Source of the DNA: a bacterium
Lineage (GTDB): Bacteria > Patescibacteriota > Minisyncoccia > Minisyncoccales > UBA10102
Direction of reading: 5' to 3'
NCBI GenBank assembly: GCA_030698665.1
Contig: JAUYMI010000007.1
Coordinates: 1 to 48,775, forward strand
DNA: 48,775 nt
Positions 33,507-42,227 of this stretch are shown piece by piece. Numbering within the stretch: position 1 is the first letter of the stretch; each line of letters opens with the position of its first letter. The notes beneath the pieces are model-generated. The model was not told where the DNA came from and did no database searches. It was given only the letters and a program-made list of their open reading frames with translations. A program made the translations under genes and the position numbers.

Positions 33507-34079
33507 ATGAAAACAGCAATTATTCTCCATGGGATGCCTTCAAAGGAAGAATACTTTAGCCCTGAGGGTGGTCCCAGTCAGCACAACAAACATTGGCTAC
33601 CATGGATTCAGCATCAGCTCCTTCTCAAAGGGGTTCTTGCGCAGATACTTGAATTACCAGAACCCTATGAACCTGACTATGAGAAATGGCGTTCTGTGTT
33701 TGAGCAGTTCAAGATAGATGAGAATACGAGCTTGGTGGGGCATAGTTGTGGGGGAGGATTCCTTGTGCGGTGGCTGAGCGAGAACAAGGTAAACGTAGGG
33801 AGGGTCGCTCTTATTGCGCCCTGGATTGATCCCACTAGCACTAGCGTAAAACCGGGATTCTTTGACTTTCAGATAGATGAGAATCTGGCAGAAAGAACTG
33901 GTGGCATCTGCCTGTTCATCTCGTCTGACGATAGCAAGGAAGAGTTGGACACCGCCAAGTTGCTCAGAGAAAAAGTCCGTGGTCTTGAGGTTAAGGAATT
34001 TAGCGATAAAGGGCACTTTACCTTCAACAGTATGGGCACGGAGGTTTTTCCTGAGTTAAGGGATTTCTTGGCAAAGTAG
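33507..34079 (+). CDS. Alpha/beta hydrolase, YdeN/RBBP9-like serine hydrolase family
   Basis: 190 aa. ILHGMPS.., nucleophile elbow GHSCGG, ..IAPW... The size fits the small Ser_hydrolase family. Confidence 0.65.
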   Translation: MKTAIILHGMPSKEEYFSPEGGPSQHNKHWLPWIQHQLLLKGVLAQILELPEPYEPDYEKWRSVFEQFKIDENTSLVGHSCGGGFLVRWLSENKVNVGRVALIAPWIDPTSTSVKPGFFDFQIDENLAERTGGICLFISSDDSKEELDTAKLLREKVRGLEVKEFSDKGHFTFNSMGTEVFPELRDFLAK

Positions 34080-34141
34080 GCAGGCTCTGACTCGTAGCAA
34101 ACTTTGCAGCGGCCAGCGTATCGTGCTACGGTAAAGGCGGC

Positions 34142-34693
34142 ATGGCGCTTACAGAATCATTCCAAAAGTTACAGAGGGGAGATAAGGCCCCGAGTTTTTC
34201 TTTACAGGGAGTGGATGGGAAGATATATTCCCTATCTAACTTCCAGGGAAAGGAGGGTCTGTTGGTTATTTTCATGTGCAACCACTGCCCCTATGTGAAG
34301 GTCAAGATGGATGCCATAGCTGAGCTGTATGAGAAGTGGGGAGACAGGATTGCGTTTGTGGGAATTAACAGCAACGACCCTGCGTACGAAGGTGAGGGCA
34401 TGGAGAACATGAAGGCCTTCGCTGAGGAAAGGAGCATCTTCTTTCCTTACCTGCTGGATGAAACCCAAGAAGTGGCAAAGGCGTACGGGGCTACTTGTAC
34501 TCCCGACCCCTTCTTGTTCGACAAAGAACACGAGCTTGTGTTTCATGGCAGAATCAACGACGCTTTGGAGCCGGGGCAGGAGGTGAAAGAAAACACCATG
34601 GATGAGAACATTGCAAGGATTGTTGCGGGGCAGGAGGTGCCCGATGAACCCAAGCCCTCCATGGGCTGCTCCATCAAGTGGCTTGAGGTGTAG
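34142..34693 (+). CDS. Thioredoxin-fold redoxin (AhpC/TSA-like) protein
   Basis: 183 aa. KAPSFSLQGVDGKIYSL..LLVIFMCNHCPYV (CxxC) and ..FPYLLDETQEVAKAYGA. Confidence 0.8.
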   Translation: MALTESFQKLQRGDKAPSFSLQGVDGKIYSLSNFQGKEGLLVIFMCNHCPYVKVKMDAIAELYEKWGDRIAFVGINSNDPAYEGEGMENMKAFAEERSIFFPYLLDETQEVAKAYGATCTPDPFLFDKEHELVFHGRINDALEPGQEVKENTMDENIARIVAGQEVPDEPKPSMGCSIKWLEV

Positions 34694-34759
34694 CTTGGCT
34701 GAGGTATCCGTGAACAATCGCCAGAAAGGCGTTTTTTAGATAGAGTACTCATAGTAAAC

Positions 34760-36550
34760 ATGGAGAAAGAAGTCATTACACGGCAGGCAGTGCGCCAGGT
34801 TCTCTGGGACTATTGGTGCCAGTACAAAGCGCATCCCTGGTATGCAGGGGTTGGGTTTTTTGTGCCTGCCGTAGGAGACATACTGGTATTTTTTGTCCCT
34901 CCCCTTATTGTGGCGCGGGTTATTGATGCCTTCGCGACGCAAGGCGGCATCTCTCTGGACGTGGTGTGGTGGTATGTTGCGCTGTTCGGAGGACTGTGGT
35001 TGCTTGGAGAAGCATTGTGGCGCATTGGCATGTACTTTCTCGTAAGGCTTGAAGAACGGGGGATCAATACCTTGAGCAGGCTTTCCTTTAGCAGACTCAT
35101 GGAGCGGGACTACGCGTTTTACACAAATAACTTTGTTGGTTCCTTAACCAAAAAGGCGCTGGCCTTCTCAAGGGGATTTGAGATGTTTACGGACACGCTC
35201 GTGTTCAACGTCACTACCAGCATCTTGCCGATTCTGTTTGTTATCTTCATCTTGTGGCAGTATTCTCCTTTCATCCCTTTGGTATTGGTGCTCTGGATCA
35301 TGGGAGCAATCCTTGTCGCCATTCCCATCATGAAAAAACGTTCCAAGCTGGTAGCCTTGCGGCACGATGCGAGCAGTAAGGTGGCTGGTAGGCTGTCTGA
35401 CTCCATGACCAATATGCTTGTCATAAAGTCTTTCGCGAGAGAAGACGCAGAGTATGCCACGTTTGGAGAATACGTAGGCGACCTTACCCGAAAGTTTAAG
35501 AAGGCAGCTGACTATCAGAACCTGAGACTGGACATCTTGCTGTCTCCGCTGTATGTCGCAACAAACGTGTGCGGGCTGCTTTTGGCCATCTTCTTTGCCC
35601 AAAAGCTTTCCCTGCAGCCCGGAGCCATTGTGGTAATCTTTAGCTACTATGTCCTCATCACGCGGATTTTCTGGCAAATCAACAGGACATACAGGAACAT
35701 CGAATCCTCTGTCAGCGAAGCTGCCGAGTTTACCCAGATGTTCGTGGAGGCGCCAACGGTTCAAGACGCACCTGCCGCAAAACCTCTTGCCGTTACAGAA
35801 GCTGGCATCCAATTCAAGGATGTCACGTTTAAGTACAGTGACGCTGAAACTCAGGAGCCCTCTTTTCTCCGCAAATTTAACCTGGACATTAAAGGGCACG
35901 AGAGGGTGGGATTGGTGGGTCCGAGCGGCGGGGGAAAGACCACCATTACAAAGCTCCTGCTTCGCTTCATTGACCTGGAGTCAGGGAGCATTGTCATTGA
36001 TGGGCAAGATATCAGCAAGGTCACCCAAAAGTCCCTGCGCGGGGCCATAGCGTACGTGCCTCAAGACCCTCTCTTGTTTCACCGATCCTTGGCTGAAAAC
36101 ATTTCCTACAGCAATGAACATGCCACGCAAGAAGATGTGGTGCGGGCAGCAAAGATAGCCCATGCAGATGAATTTATCTCAGAACTCCCCAGGGGATACA
36201 AGACCCTTGTGGGAGAACGAGGCATCAAGCTGAGCGGAGGACAGCGTCAGCGGGTAGCCATTGCTCGTGCCTTGTTGAAAAAGTCTTCAATCCTCGTATT
36301 AGATGAGGCTACCAGCTCTCTGGACTCTGAGTCTGAAAAGTATATCCAGGAGGGGTTGTGGGAGCTCATGAAAGACAAGACCGTCTTGGTGATTGCTCAT
36401 CGACTTTCCACCATCAAGCACCTCGACAGGATTGTTGTGTTGGACCAGGGAAAGATTGTGCAGGAGGGTACCCACGCGAAGCTCATTAAAGAAAAAGGAC
36501 TGTACGCAAAACTCTGGAGCTTACAATCAGGTGAGTTCTTGGGAGATTAG
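34760..36550 (+). CDS. ABC exporter, fused permease/ATPase (MsbA/type I exporter-like)
   Basis: 596 aa. Six N-terminal TM helices, then [43 protein letters not shown]. Confidence 0.9.
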   Translation: MEKEVITRQAVRQVLWDYWCQYKAHPWYAGVGFFVPAVGDILVFFVPPLIVARVIDAFATQGGISLDVVWWYVALFGGLWLLGEALWRIGMYFLVRLEERGINTLSRLSFSRLMERDYAFYTNNFVGSLTKKALAFSRGFEMFTDTLVFNVTTSILPILFVIFILWQYSPFIPLVLVLWIMGAILVAIPIMKKRSKLVALRHDASSKVAGRLSDSMTNMLVIKSFAREDAEYATFGEYVGDLTRKFKKAADYQNLRLDILLSPLYVATNVCGLLLAIFFAQKLSLQPGAIVVIFSYYVLITRIFWQINRTYRNIESSVSEAAEFTQMFVEAPTVQDAPAAKPLAVTEAGIQFKDVTFKYSDAETQEPSFLRKFNLDIKGHERVGLVGPSGGGKTTITKLLLRFIDLESGSIVIDGQDISKVTQKSLRGAIAYVPQDPLLFHRSLAENISYSNEHATQEDVVRAAKIAHADEFISELPRGYKTLVGERGIKLSGGQRQRVAIARALLKKSSILVLDEATSSLDSESEKYIQEGLWELMKDKTVLVIAHRLSTIKHLDRIVVLDQGKIVQEGTHAKLIKEKGLYAKLWSLQSGEFLGD

Positions 36551-36560
36551 CGCGTGACAT

Positions 36561-37529
36561 ATGGCATTCGTTGATGAAATAAAAATCCAGGTCAAGGCGG
36601 GCAACGGTGGAAACGGTGTTGTGCGTTGGTTGCACACAAGAGAGAAGGAGCTCGGAGGTCCATCTGGTGGAAACGGCGGGCGAGGCGGAAACGTATACGC
36701 AAAGGCCTTGCGCGATGTTCATTTGCTTTCCCGATATCGCGCAAAAAAGGAACTTGGAGCTGAAAATGGACGAGACGGGCAGGCAAAGAACTTATACGGA
36801 GCCAACGGCAAGGACCTTGAGCTTCTGCTTCCCGTGGGATCTCTCATTGCCAACACGGAAACCGGAGAGAAGGTTGCCCTCAATGAAGAAGGGGAGCGGA
36901 TACTTTTGCTTTCCGGAGGATTTGGTGGCCGGGGGAACAAATCGTTTCAAAGTTCGCAGAATCAATCGCCCGACAGGGCGACGCCCGGCAAACCAGGGCA
37001 AGTGGCCATCTTTTTTATTGAGGTAGAGCTCATAGCGCACATCGGACTGATAGGACTGCCGAACGCGGGTAAGACAAGCCTTCTCAACGAGCTCACCGCG
37101 GCTCATGGAAAAATCGGAGATTATCCCTTTACCACGCTTGAACCAAACTTGGGAGAACTGCACGGCTACATCATTGCCGACATTCCGGGTCTCGTGGAAG
37201 GGGCTGCGGGAGGAAAGGGATTGGGCCACAAGTTTTTACGACATATTAAGAGGACAAAGATGCTCGTGCACGTCATTTCCTTGGAGAACAGCGACATGAT
37301 GGAATCCTATCGGACCGTGAGAAAAGAAATTGAAAAGTACGACCCGAACCTGCTTGGGAAAAAAGAAATCATTGTGCTCACGAAGACAGACCTCAAGGAT
37401 GATGCTGAGGTGCAAGAGGCCAAAGAAAGGTTCAAGAACATTGCCCCGAATGTCTATGCCGTATCCCTGTACAAAAATGAGGATATGAAGTTTCTTAGAG
37501 AAGCGCTCTTAAAAGAAATCGCCAGCTAA
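36561..37529 (+). CDS. obg: GTPase Obg (short form without a C-terminal extension)
   Basis: FVDEIKIQVKAGNGGNG, Gly-rich Obg fold, GLIGLPNAGKTSLLN, DIPGLVEGA, TKTDL. Only 322 aa. Confidence 0.93.
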   Translation: MAFVDEIKIQVKAGNGGNGVVRWLHTREKELGGPSGGNGGRGGNVYAKALRDVHLLSRYRAKKELGAENGRDGQAKNLYGANGKDLELLLPVGSLIANTETGEKVALNEEGERILLLSGGFGGRGNKSFQSSQNQSPDRATPGKPGQVAIFFIEVELIAHIGLIGLPNAGKTSLLNELTAAHGKIGDYPFTTLEPNLGELHGYIIADIPGLVEGAAGGKGLGHKFLRHIKRTKMLVHVISLENSDMMESYRTVRKEIEKYDPNLLGKKEIIVLTKTDLKDDAEVQEAKERFKNIAPNVYAVSLYKNEDMKFLREALLKEIAS

Positions 37530-37556
37530 CCGTTGGGCAGGTTAAGAGTGGATCGC

Positions 37557-37586
37557 TTGACACTAAATACCCCGTGGGGGTATTCT
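37557..37586 (+). promoter_or_regulatory. Promoter of the csoR-cop operon
   Basis: TTGACA (37557-37562), 18 nt spacer, TATTCT (37581-37586); ATG at 37596. Confidence 0.5.
37567..37583. promoter_or_regulatory. CsoR-type operator (GC-rich inverted repeat)
   Basis: ATACCCC-GTG-GGGGTAT lies between the -35 and -10 elements. It resembles the TACCC-N-GGGGTA operators described for CsoR. Confidence 0.6.
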
Positions 37587-37595
37587 GTTGTATAT

Positions 37596-37865
37596 ATGGA
37601 TAAGAAAATAAAAAAGAGGGCAATCCGCCGCTTGAAGATTCTGGAAGGGCAGGTACGGGGACTGCAGAACATGGTTGAGAAGGAGGAATACTGCGTGGAT
37701 ATCATCACGCAGTCGCTTGCGGTCAAACAAGCCCTGTCCGGTGTTGAGGATCTTCTTTTGGAGAACCACTTGTCCACGCACGTTGCAGAGCAGATGAGAT
37801 CCGGGAAAGGTTCAAAGGCGGTGCAAGAGATTCTTTCCGTGTATAAGCTGTCCAGGAAGAAATGA
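37596..37865 (+). CDS. csoR: Copper-sensing transcriptional repressor, CsoR/RcnR (DUF156) family
   Basis: ORF 37533..37865 with ATG at 37596. RLKILEGQVRGLQNMVEKEEYCVDIITQSLAVKQAL..HL..H carries the C-H-C-type ligand positions. Confidence 0.85.
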   Translation: MDKKIKKRAIRRLKILEGQVRGLQNMVEKEEYCVDIITQSLAVKQALSGVEDLLLENHLSTHVAEQMRSGKGSKAVQEILSVYKLSRKK

Positions 37866-39976
37866 TGGAGCACCGAGAAGAGAAACGCTATACCTGTCCC
37901 ATGCATCCTGGTATCCATCAGGAGATGGCTGGTTTGTGTCCTGAGTGCGGAATGAACCTGGTGCCAGAGAAGGGTGTGTCTTTACAGCATGCGGGGCACG
38001 AAGGCGCAAAGGGATTTGAGAAGCATGAAGGCCATTCCACATCTGCCTTCAAGGCAAAGTTCTGGGTGAGTCTGACTCTTTCCGTTCCTGTCGTTCTCTA
38101 TTCTGATATCGCTCAAGAGCTTTTGCGCTTTCAGCCCCCAGCGTTTCCCGGGTCCTCGTACCTTCCTTTTGTGCTTGCCTCTGTTATCTTTTTTTACGGC
38201 GGCTGGGTATTCATTGCCTCAGCCTTCCGGGAGCTGAGGGCGAGACTGCCAGGCATGATGACGCTCATCGCTCTGGCAATATCCGTTGCCTATACCTACA
38301 GCATATACGTTGTGTTCTTTGGGGAAGGGAAGACCCTCTTTTGGGAACTTGCCACCCTGATTACCGTGATGCTGTTGGGGCATTGGATGGAGATGCGTGC
38401 GGTTTCTGGCGCCCAGAGCGCTCTCAGGGAACTCTCAAAGCTGCTGCCAGATGAGGCAGAGGTGTTTCGGGGTGGCACAACCGTCATTGTGCCTCTTGGA
38501 GAGATACGGGTTGGAGACCTGGTGCAGGTTAAGCCAGGGGGCAAGATTCCGGTAGACGGTGTGGTTCAGGAGGGTGCCTCGGACGTGGATGAGTCCGTTG
38601 CCACGGGTGAGTCCAAGCTTGTTGCAAAGAAACAGGGAGACGAGGTTATTGCAGGAACAATCAACGGAGACGGCTCGCTCAAGGTGGAGGTGAGCAAGAT
38701 AGGGGAGAATACCTTTCTGGCTGGAGTCATGCGCCTGGTTGCGGAAGCTCAGGCGTCAAAATCACGGCTCCAGATGCTGTCTGATCGGGCGGCATACTAC
38801 CTCACCATTGTTGCGGTCGTGACAGGAGGTGTCACGCTTGCTGCCTGGCTGGCGGTCGCCGATCCCCCTTTTGCCATTGAGCGTATGGTTGCCGTGCTGG
38901 TGATAGCGTGCCCGCACGCATTGGGGCTTGCCATTCCTCTGGTGGCATCCATCTCAACAACAAAGGCCGCCAAAAACGGGTTTCTTGTAAAGAGACGGCT
39001 CTCTTTGGAAGCGGCTCGCGACATTGATGTTGTCCTTTTTGACAAGACAGGAACGCTCACGAAAGGAGAGTTTGGCGTTGACTCGATTGTTTCTGCGGGC
39101 GATGAGTCAGAGGTTCTGCGGTACGCGGCTTCCGTGAATACTTACTCAGAGCACCCGATTGCGCGGGCGATCGTCAAGGAAGCTGAAAAGCGCAAGATCG
39201 CGGTACTGCCAGTGAGGAACTTCAAGCGCCTGGCAGGGAGGGGTGCTGCAGCTGAGATTGAGGGAGTGGAGGTGCTGGTTGGCAGTCCGACCCTTGTATC
39301 AGAACGCAACGTAACTCCTGACCACTTGCTGGAAACAAGGGCAGAGGAGTTTTCCCGACAAGGGAAAACAGTCATATTTGTCATACGAGGAGGCGTACTG
39401 CTAGGAGCCATTGCTTTAGCTGACGTCATTCGGGAAGAATCGCGCGAAGCCATTGATGCGCTGCACGCAATGGGCATTGCAACCGCCATGATCACGGGAG
39501 ACGGGGAGAACGTTGCTGAGTGGGTTGCAGGGGAGCTGGGGATTGATGAGTACTTCGCTAGAGTATTGCCAGAGCAGAAATCAGAGAAGGTGAAGCTGTT
39601 GCAGGCAAAAGGCCGAAAAGTGGCAATGGTGGGAGATGGCGTGAATGACGCGCCCGCTCTCACTCAAGCTGATGTGGGTATTGCCATTGGAGCTGGCACG
39701 AACGTTGCCATTGAGTCAGCCGGCATCATCCTTGTGAGAGACGATCCGCGCGATATCGCAAAGGTCATCAGGCTTTCGCGCTTGACGTATGCCAAGATGA
39801 TTCAGAATCTGTTTTGGGCGACAGGATACAATGTTGTGGCAATTCCCCTGGCGGCGGGAGTTCTGGCATTTGAAGGCATCCTTCTCCAGCCGGCAGTGGC
39901 GGCGTTATTCATGTCATTGAGTACGGTCATTGTCGCGGTAAATGCGATGCTGCTGCGAGGCCGCACATTGTCATAA
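37862..39976 (+). CDS. copB: Copper-transporting P1B-type ATPase, CPH (CopB / P1B-3-like) subtype
   Basis: TGES, DKTGTLT, SEHP and GDGVNDAP. TM motif is CPH (VIACPHALGL) rather than CPC, with MSLST in the last helix. His-rich N-terminus plus YTCPMHPGIHQEMAGLCPECGMNL. Confidence 0.9.
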   Translation: MMEHREEKRYTCPMHPGIHQEMAGLCPECGMNLVPEKGVSLQHAGHEGAKGFEKHEGHSTSAFKAKFWVSLTLSVPVVLYSDIAQELLRFQPPAFPGSSYLPFVLASVIFFYGGWVFIASAFRELRARLPGMMTLIALAISVAYTYSIYVVFFGEGKTLFWELATLITVMLLGHWMEMRAVSGAQSALRELSKLLPDEAEVFRGGTTVIVPLGEIRVGDLVQVKPGGKIPVDGVVQEGASDVDESVATGESKLVAKKQGDEVIAGTINGDGSLKVEVSKIGENTFLAGVMRLVAEAQASKSRLQMLSDRAAYYLTIVAVVTGGVTLAAWLAVADPPFAIERMVAVLVIACPHALGLAIPLVASISTTKAAKNGFLVKRRLSLEAARDIDVVLFDKTGTLTKGEFGVDSIVSAGDESEVLRYAASVNTYSEHPIARAIVKEAEKRKIAVLPVRNFKRLAGRGAAAEIEGVEVLVGSPTLVSERNVTPDHLLETRAEEFSRQGKTVIFVIRGGVLLGAIALADVIREESREAIDALHAMGIATAMITGDGENVAEWVAGELGIDEYFARVLPEQKSEKVKLLQAKGRKVAMVGDGVNDAPALTQADVGIAIGAGTNVAIESAGIILVRDDPRDIAKVIRLSRLTYAKMIQNLFWATGYNVVAIPLAAGVLAFEGILLQPAVAALFMSLSTVIVAVNAMLLRGRTLS

Positions 39977-40012
39977 CGAGTCATATTAGAGATACCAAAT
40001 TAAACCAAACAT

Positions 40013-40261
40013 ATGAACAAAAAATTAGACGCATTAGCAGTAGCATACGCCTCAGCAATTCTGGGGGCCGCTCTCATGCTGTTGTTGGGAATTGCCGGCA
40101 ACCTGGGAGTATATACCGGCGCCGTTGGGCAGATGAAGCAGTGGCACATGTTTTTCAGCCTGAGTGCTGGCGGGATTATCAGCGGCATGGTCGAGGCCGC
40201 CGTGATTAGTTTTGCGGTTGGATACGCTTTTGCGTGGGTGTATAATAAATTGTCTAAATAA
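40013..40261 (+). CDS. Small membrane protein, hypothetical
   Basis: 82 aa with two or three hydrophobic helices. No SD. Confidence 0.5.
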   Translation: MNKKLDALAVAYASAILGAALMLLLGIAGNLGVYTGAVGQMKQWHMFFSLSAGGIISGMVEAAVISFAVGYAFAWVYNKLSK

Positions 40262-40268
40262 CAAGAGC

Positions 40269-40715
40269 ATGAAACACGTCGTTATCGCGCTGAGTATTGC
40301 CCTTCTCGTGTTCCCGTTCGCCGCAGGAGCGCACGCGGGAGATGCCGGAGATGCCGGAACCGGCTTTGGCATGATGCGAACGGTTGAGGATAGGGCTTTG
40401 GGAGATGAGCTTCACGAAGAAATGGAAAGTCTCATGGTCAAAATGATGGCCGGTGACATGAGCGATGAGGAGGCGGGGCGCATGATTGAGCTTATGGATG
40501 AGAACCCCGGGCCCTACGGCACAATGATGGGTCGTATGATGGGTATGCAGTTTGCAGGAACCTCTACCCTCGGACAGCCTCTGGGTATGATGTCTTGGGG
40601 AGCAATGGGATCGGGCGGATTCTGGCCCTTACTTCTCCTGTTCGCGGGGATTGTATGGCTGGTCGTCGGGATTCTCGCAATCGTGTGGCTTTCAAGACAG
40701 ATTAACAAGAAGTAG
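40269..40715 (+). CDS. Met-rich secreted, membrane-anchored protein (putative Cu(I) binder)
   Basis: ORF 40212..40715 with ATG at 40269. Signal peptide ..AAGAHA/GD. Many Met clusters (MVKMMAGDM, GTMMGRMMGMQ, GMMSWGAM). C-terminal TM helix. Confidence 0.6.
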   Translation: MKHVVIALSIALLVFPFAAGAHAGDAGDAGTGFGMMRTVEDRALGDELHEEMESLMVKMMAGDMSDEEAGRMIELMDENPGPYGTMMGRMMGMQFAGTSTLGQPLGMMSWGAMGSGGFWPLLLLFAGIVWLVVGILAIVWLSRQINKK

Positions 40716-40746
40716 TCATTCTATGCAGTGTCATTCAACTAAAACC

Positions 40747-41247
40747 ATGAAAGAGAACAAAAACTCCTCACTCAAGCCGTTTCTTTTCCTTGCCTTTGTT
40801 CTTGTTGTCGGGGGAGCAGGGGTGCTCGCGCTCACCAGCAGAACTACCTCTCATGATGGAGAGGTGTCCGGCGAAAAGACGGAAGCTGTCGTATACCACT
40901 CTCCTACATGCGGGTGCTGCGGTGCGTACGTGAGCTATCTGGGGAGCAGCAAGTTTGCCGTGGAGCGGAAAGTCAGCGACAAACTCCTCGCTGAAATAAA
41001 GGGAGAGTTCGGAATTCCTCAAGAGATGCTTTCTTGCCACACGGCTGTGCTTGACGGCTACTTCGTGGAAGGACATGTCCCGGCAGAGGCAATCCGCAAG
41101 CTTTTAGAGGAACGTCCGAATCTCAAGGGAATCGCGTTGCCCGGAATGCCCGCTGGAGCTCCCGGTATGGGTGGAAGGAAGGTAGGTTCCTTCGTCGTGT
41201 ACGGAATCTCCCAGAGTGGAGAAACCTCCGTATTCGCTGAGCTATGA
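40747..41247 (+). CDS. copG: CopG / DUF411 family metal-binding protein
   Basis: ORF 40651..41247; start is ATG 40747 or 40723. SPTCGCCGAY, SCHT..GYFVEGHVP, ALPGMPAGAPGM match DUF411. Confidence 0.75.
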   Translation: MKENKNSSLKPFLFLAFVLVVGGAGVLALTSRTTSHDGEVSGEKTEAVVYHSPTCGCCGAYVSYLGSSKFAVERKVSDKLLAEIKGEFGIPQEMLSCHTAVLDGYFVEGHVPAEAIRKLLEERPNLKGIALPGMPAGAPGMGGRKVGSFVVYGISQSGETSVFAEL

Positions 41248-41774
41248 GAAAGCGTATTCTTATTGCGGGGTTCGCAGTGGGAATTGGAGCCGTGCCGGGA
41301 ACAGCCCTTGCGCACTGCCCGCTCTGCGTGGCTGGCGCTGGTTTTCTGGCTGTTTTTGCCGCGTCAATAGGAGTTTCTACGGCTGTAGTGGGGATTTTCA
41401 TTGGTGCCTTTTCTCTTGCCCTGGGGCTATGGATTTCTCAGATGGTCAAGAAAAAGTACGTGAAGTATCAGGATGCAATCCTTACCTTGGCTATATTCGC
41501 CTCAACGGCTGTTCCCGTCATGCCCTTCATCCGGGAGTATCGGGCGCTCTACGTTTCTCTTGGAGGAGAGTACGGAACGCTGTTCCATAATACCTATGTG
41601 ATAAATCTCTATCTCTTGGGTGTTTTCGCTGGAGCGCTTCTCCTATTCGTAGCTCCTTTGCTAAGTCAGCTATTGGCTCGCGCGCGCGAGGGTCGCTCCC
41701 TGCCATACCAGGGCTTGATCGTTACGTTCGGGCTTTTGATCGTCTCGTCGCTCGTATTCCAGATTCTCCTATGA
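41244..41774 (+). CDS. Polytopic membrane protein with an HCPLC motif, function unknown
   Basis: 176 aa; ATGA overlap with copG. LAHCPLCVAGAG at the end of the signal/TM1 segment; about 4 more TM helices. Confidence 0.6.
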   Translation: MRKRILIAGFAVGIGAVPGTALAHCPLCVAGAGFLAVFAASIGVSTAVVGIFIGAFSLALGLWISQMVKKKYVKYQDAILTLAIFASTAVPVMPFIREYRALYVSLGGEYGTLFHNTYVINLYLLGVFAGALLLFVAPLLSQLLARAREGRSLPYQGLIVTFGLLIVSSLVFQILL

Positions 41775-42211
41775 GCGAGTTGCTGGCAGTTTTCATTGGC
41801 ATCGTTTCCCTATTCGTATTTTTCCTGCTAGTGCGAGTCGTGACTGGGTGGCGTTTCTGTGCGCTTTGTGCGGGTGTTTTTGCAACCTGGGCGGCGCTCC
41901 TTATCCTTCACCGGCTGGGAATCTTCCAGGACCTCATTCTGGCAGCTCCCTTGTTGGGAGCGAGTGCTGTTGGAGTCTACTATCTTGCTGAAAAGAGAGC
42001 GTCAGAACCGCTCCATGTCTTCCGTCTGCCGTTTTTCCTTACCCTTCTTTTCATTGCCTACCTTTTACTCGGCGCCGTTCATGGTTATTTCGGGCTGATG
42101 CTGTTCCTCGCTTCCTTGTGGCTTCTCTTTGGAGCGCTTCATGTGTATGGCAGAAATCCTAAGGTGCGCACGTTGGTTAATCATCTCATCGCTTGCTGTA
42201 AGAATTGGTAA
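41771..42211 (+). CDS. Four-TM membrane protein with CxxC (FCALC) and a terminal CC motif, function unknown
   Basis: 146 aa; ATGA overlap with the upstream gene. WRFCALCAGVF in TM2; C-terminal LIACCKNW. Confidence 0.6.
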   Translation: MSELLAVFIGIVSLFVFFLLVRVVTGWRFCALCAGVFATWAALLILHRLGIFQDLILAAPLLGASAVGVYYLAEKRASEPLHVFRLPFFLTLLFIAYLLLGAVHGYFGLMLFLASLWLLFGALHVYGRNPKVRTLVNHLIACCKNW

Positions 42212-42227
42212 GTAATAATCTTTATCC

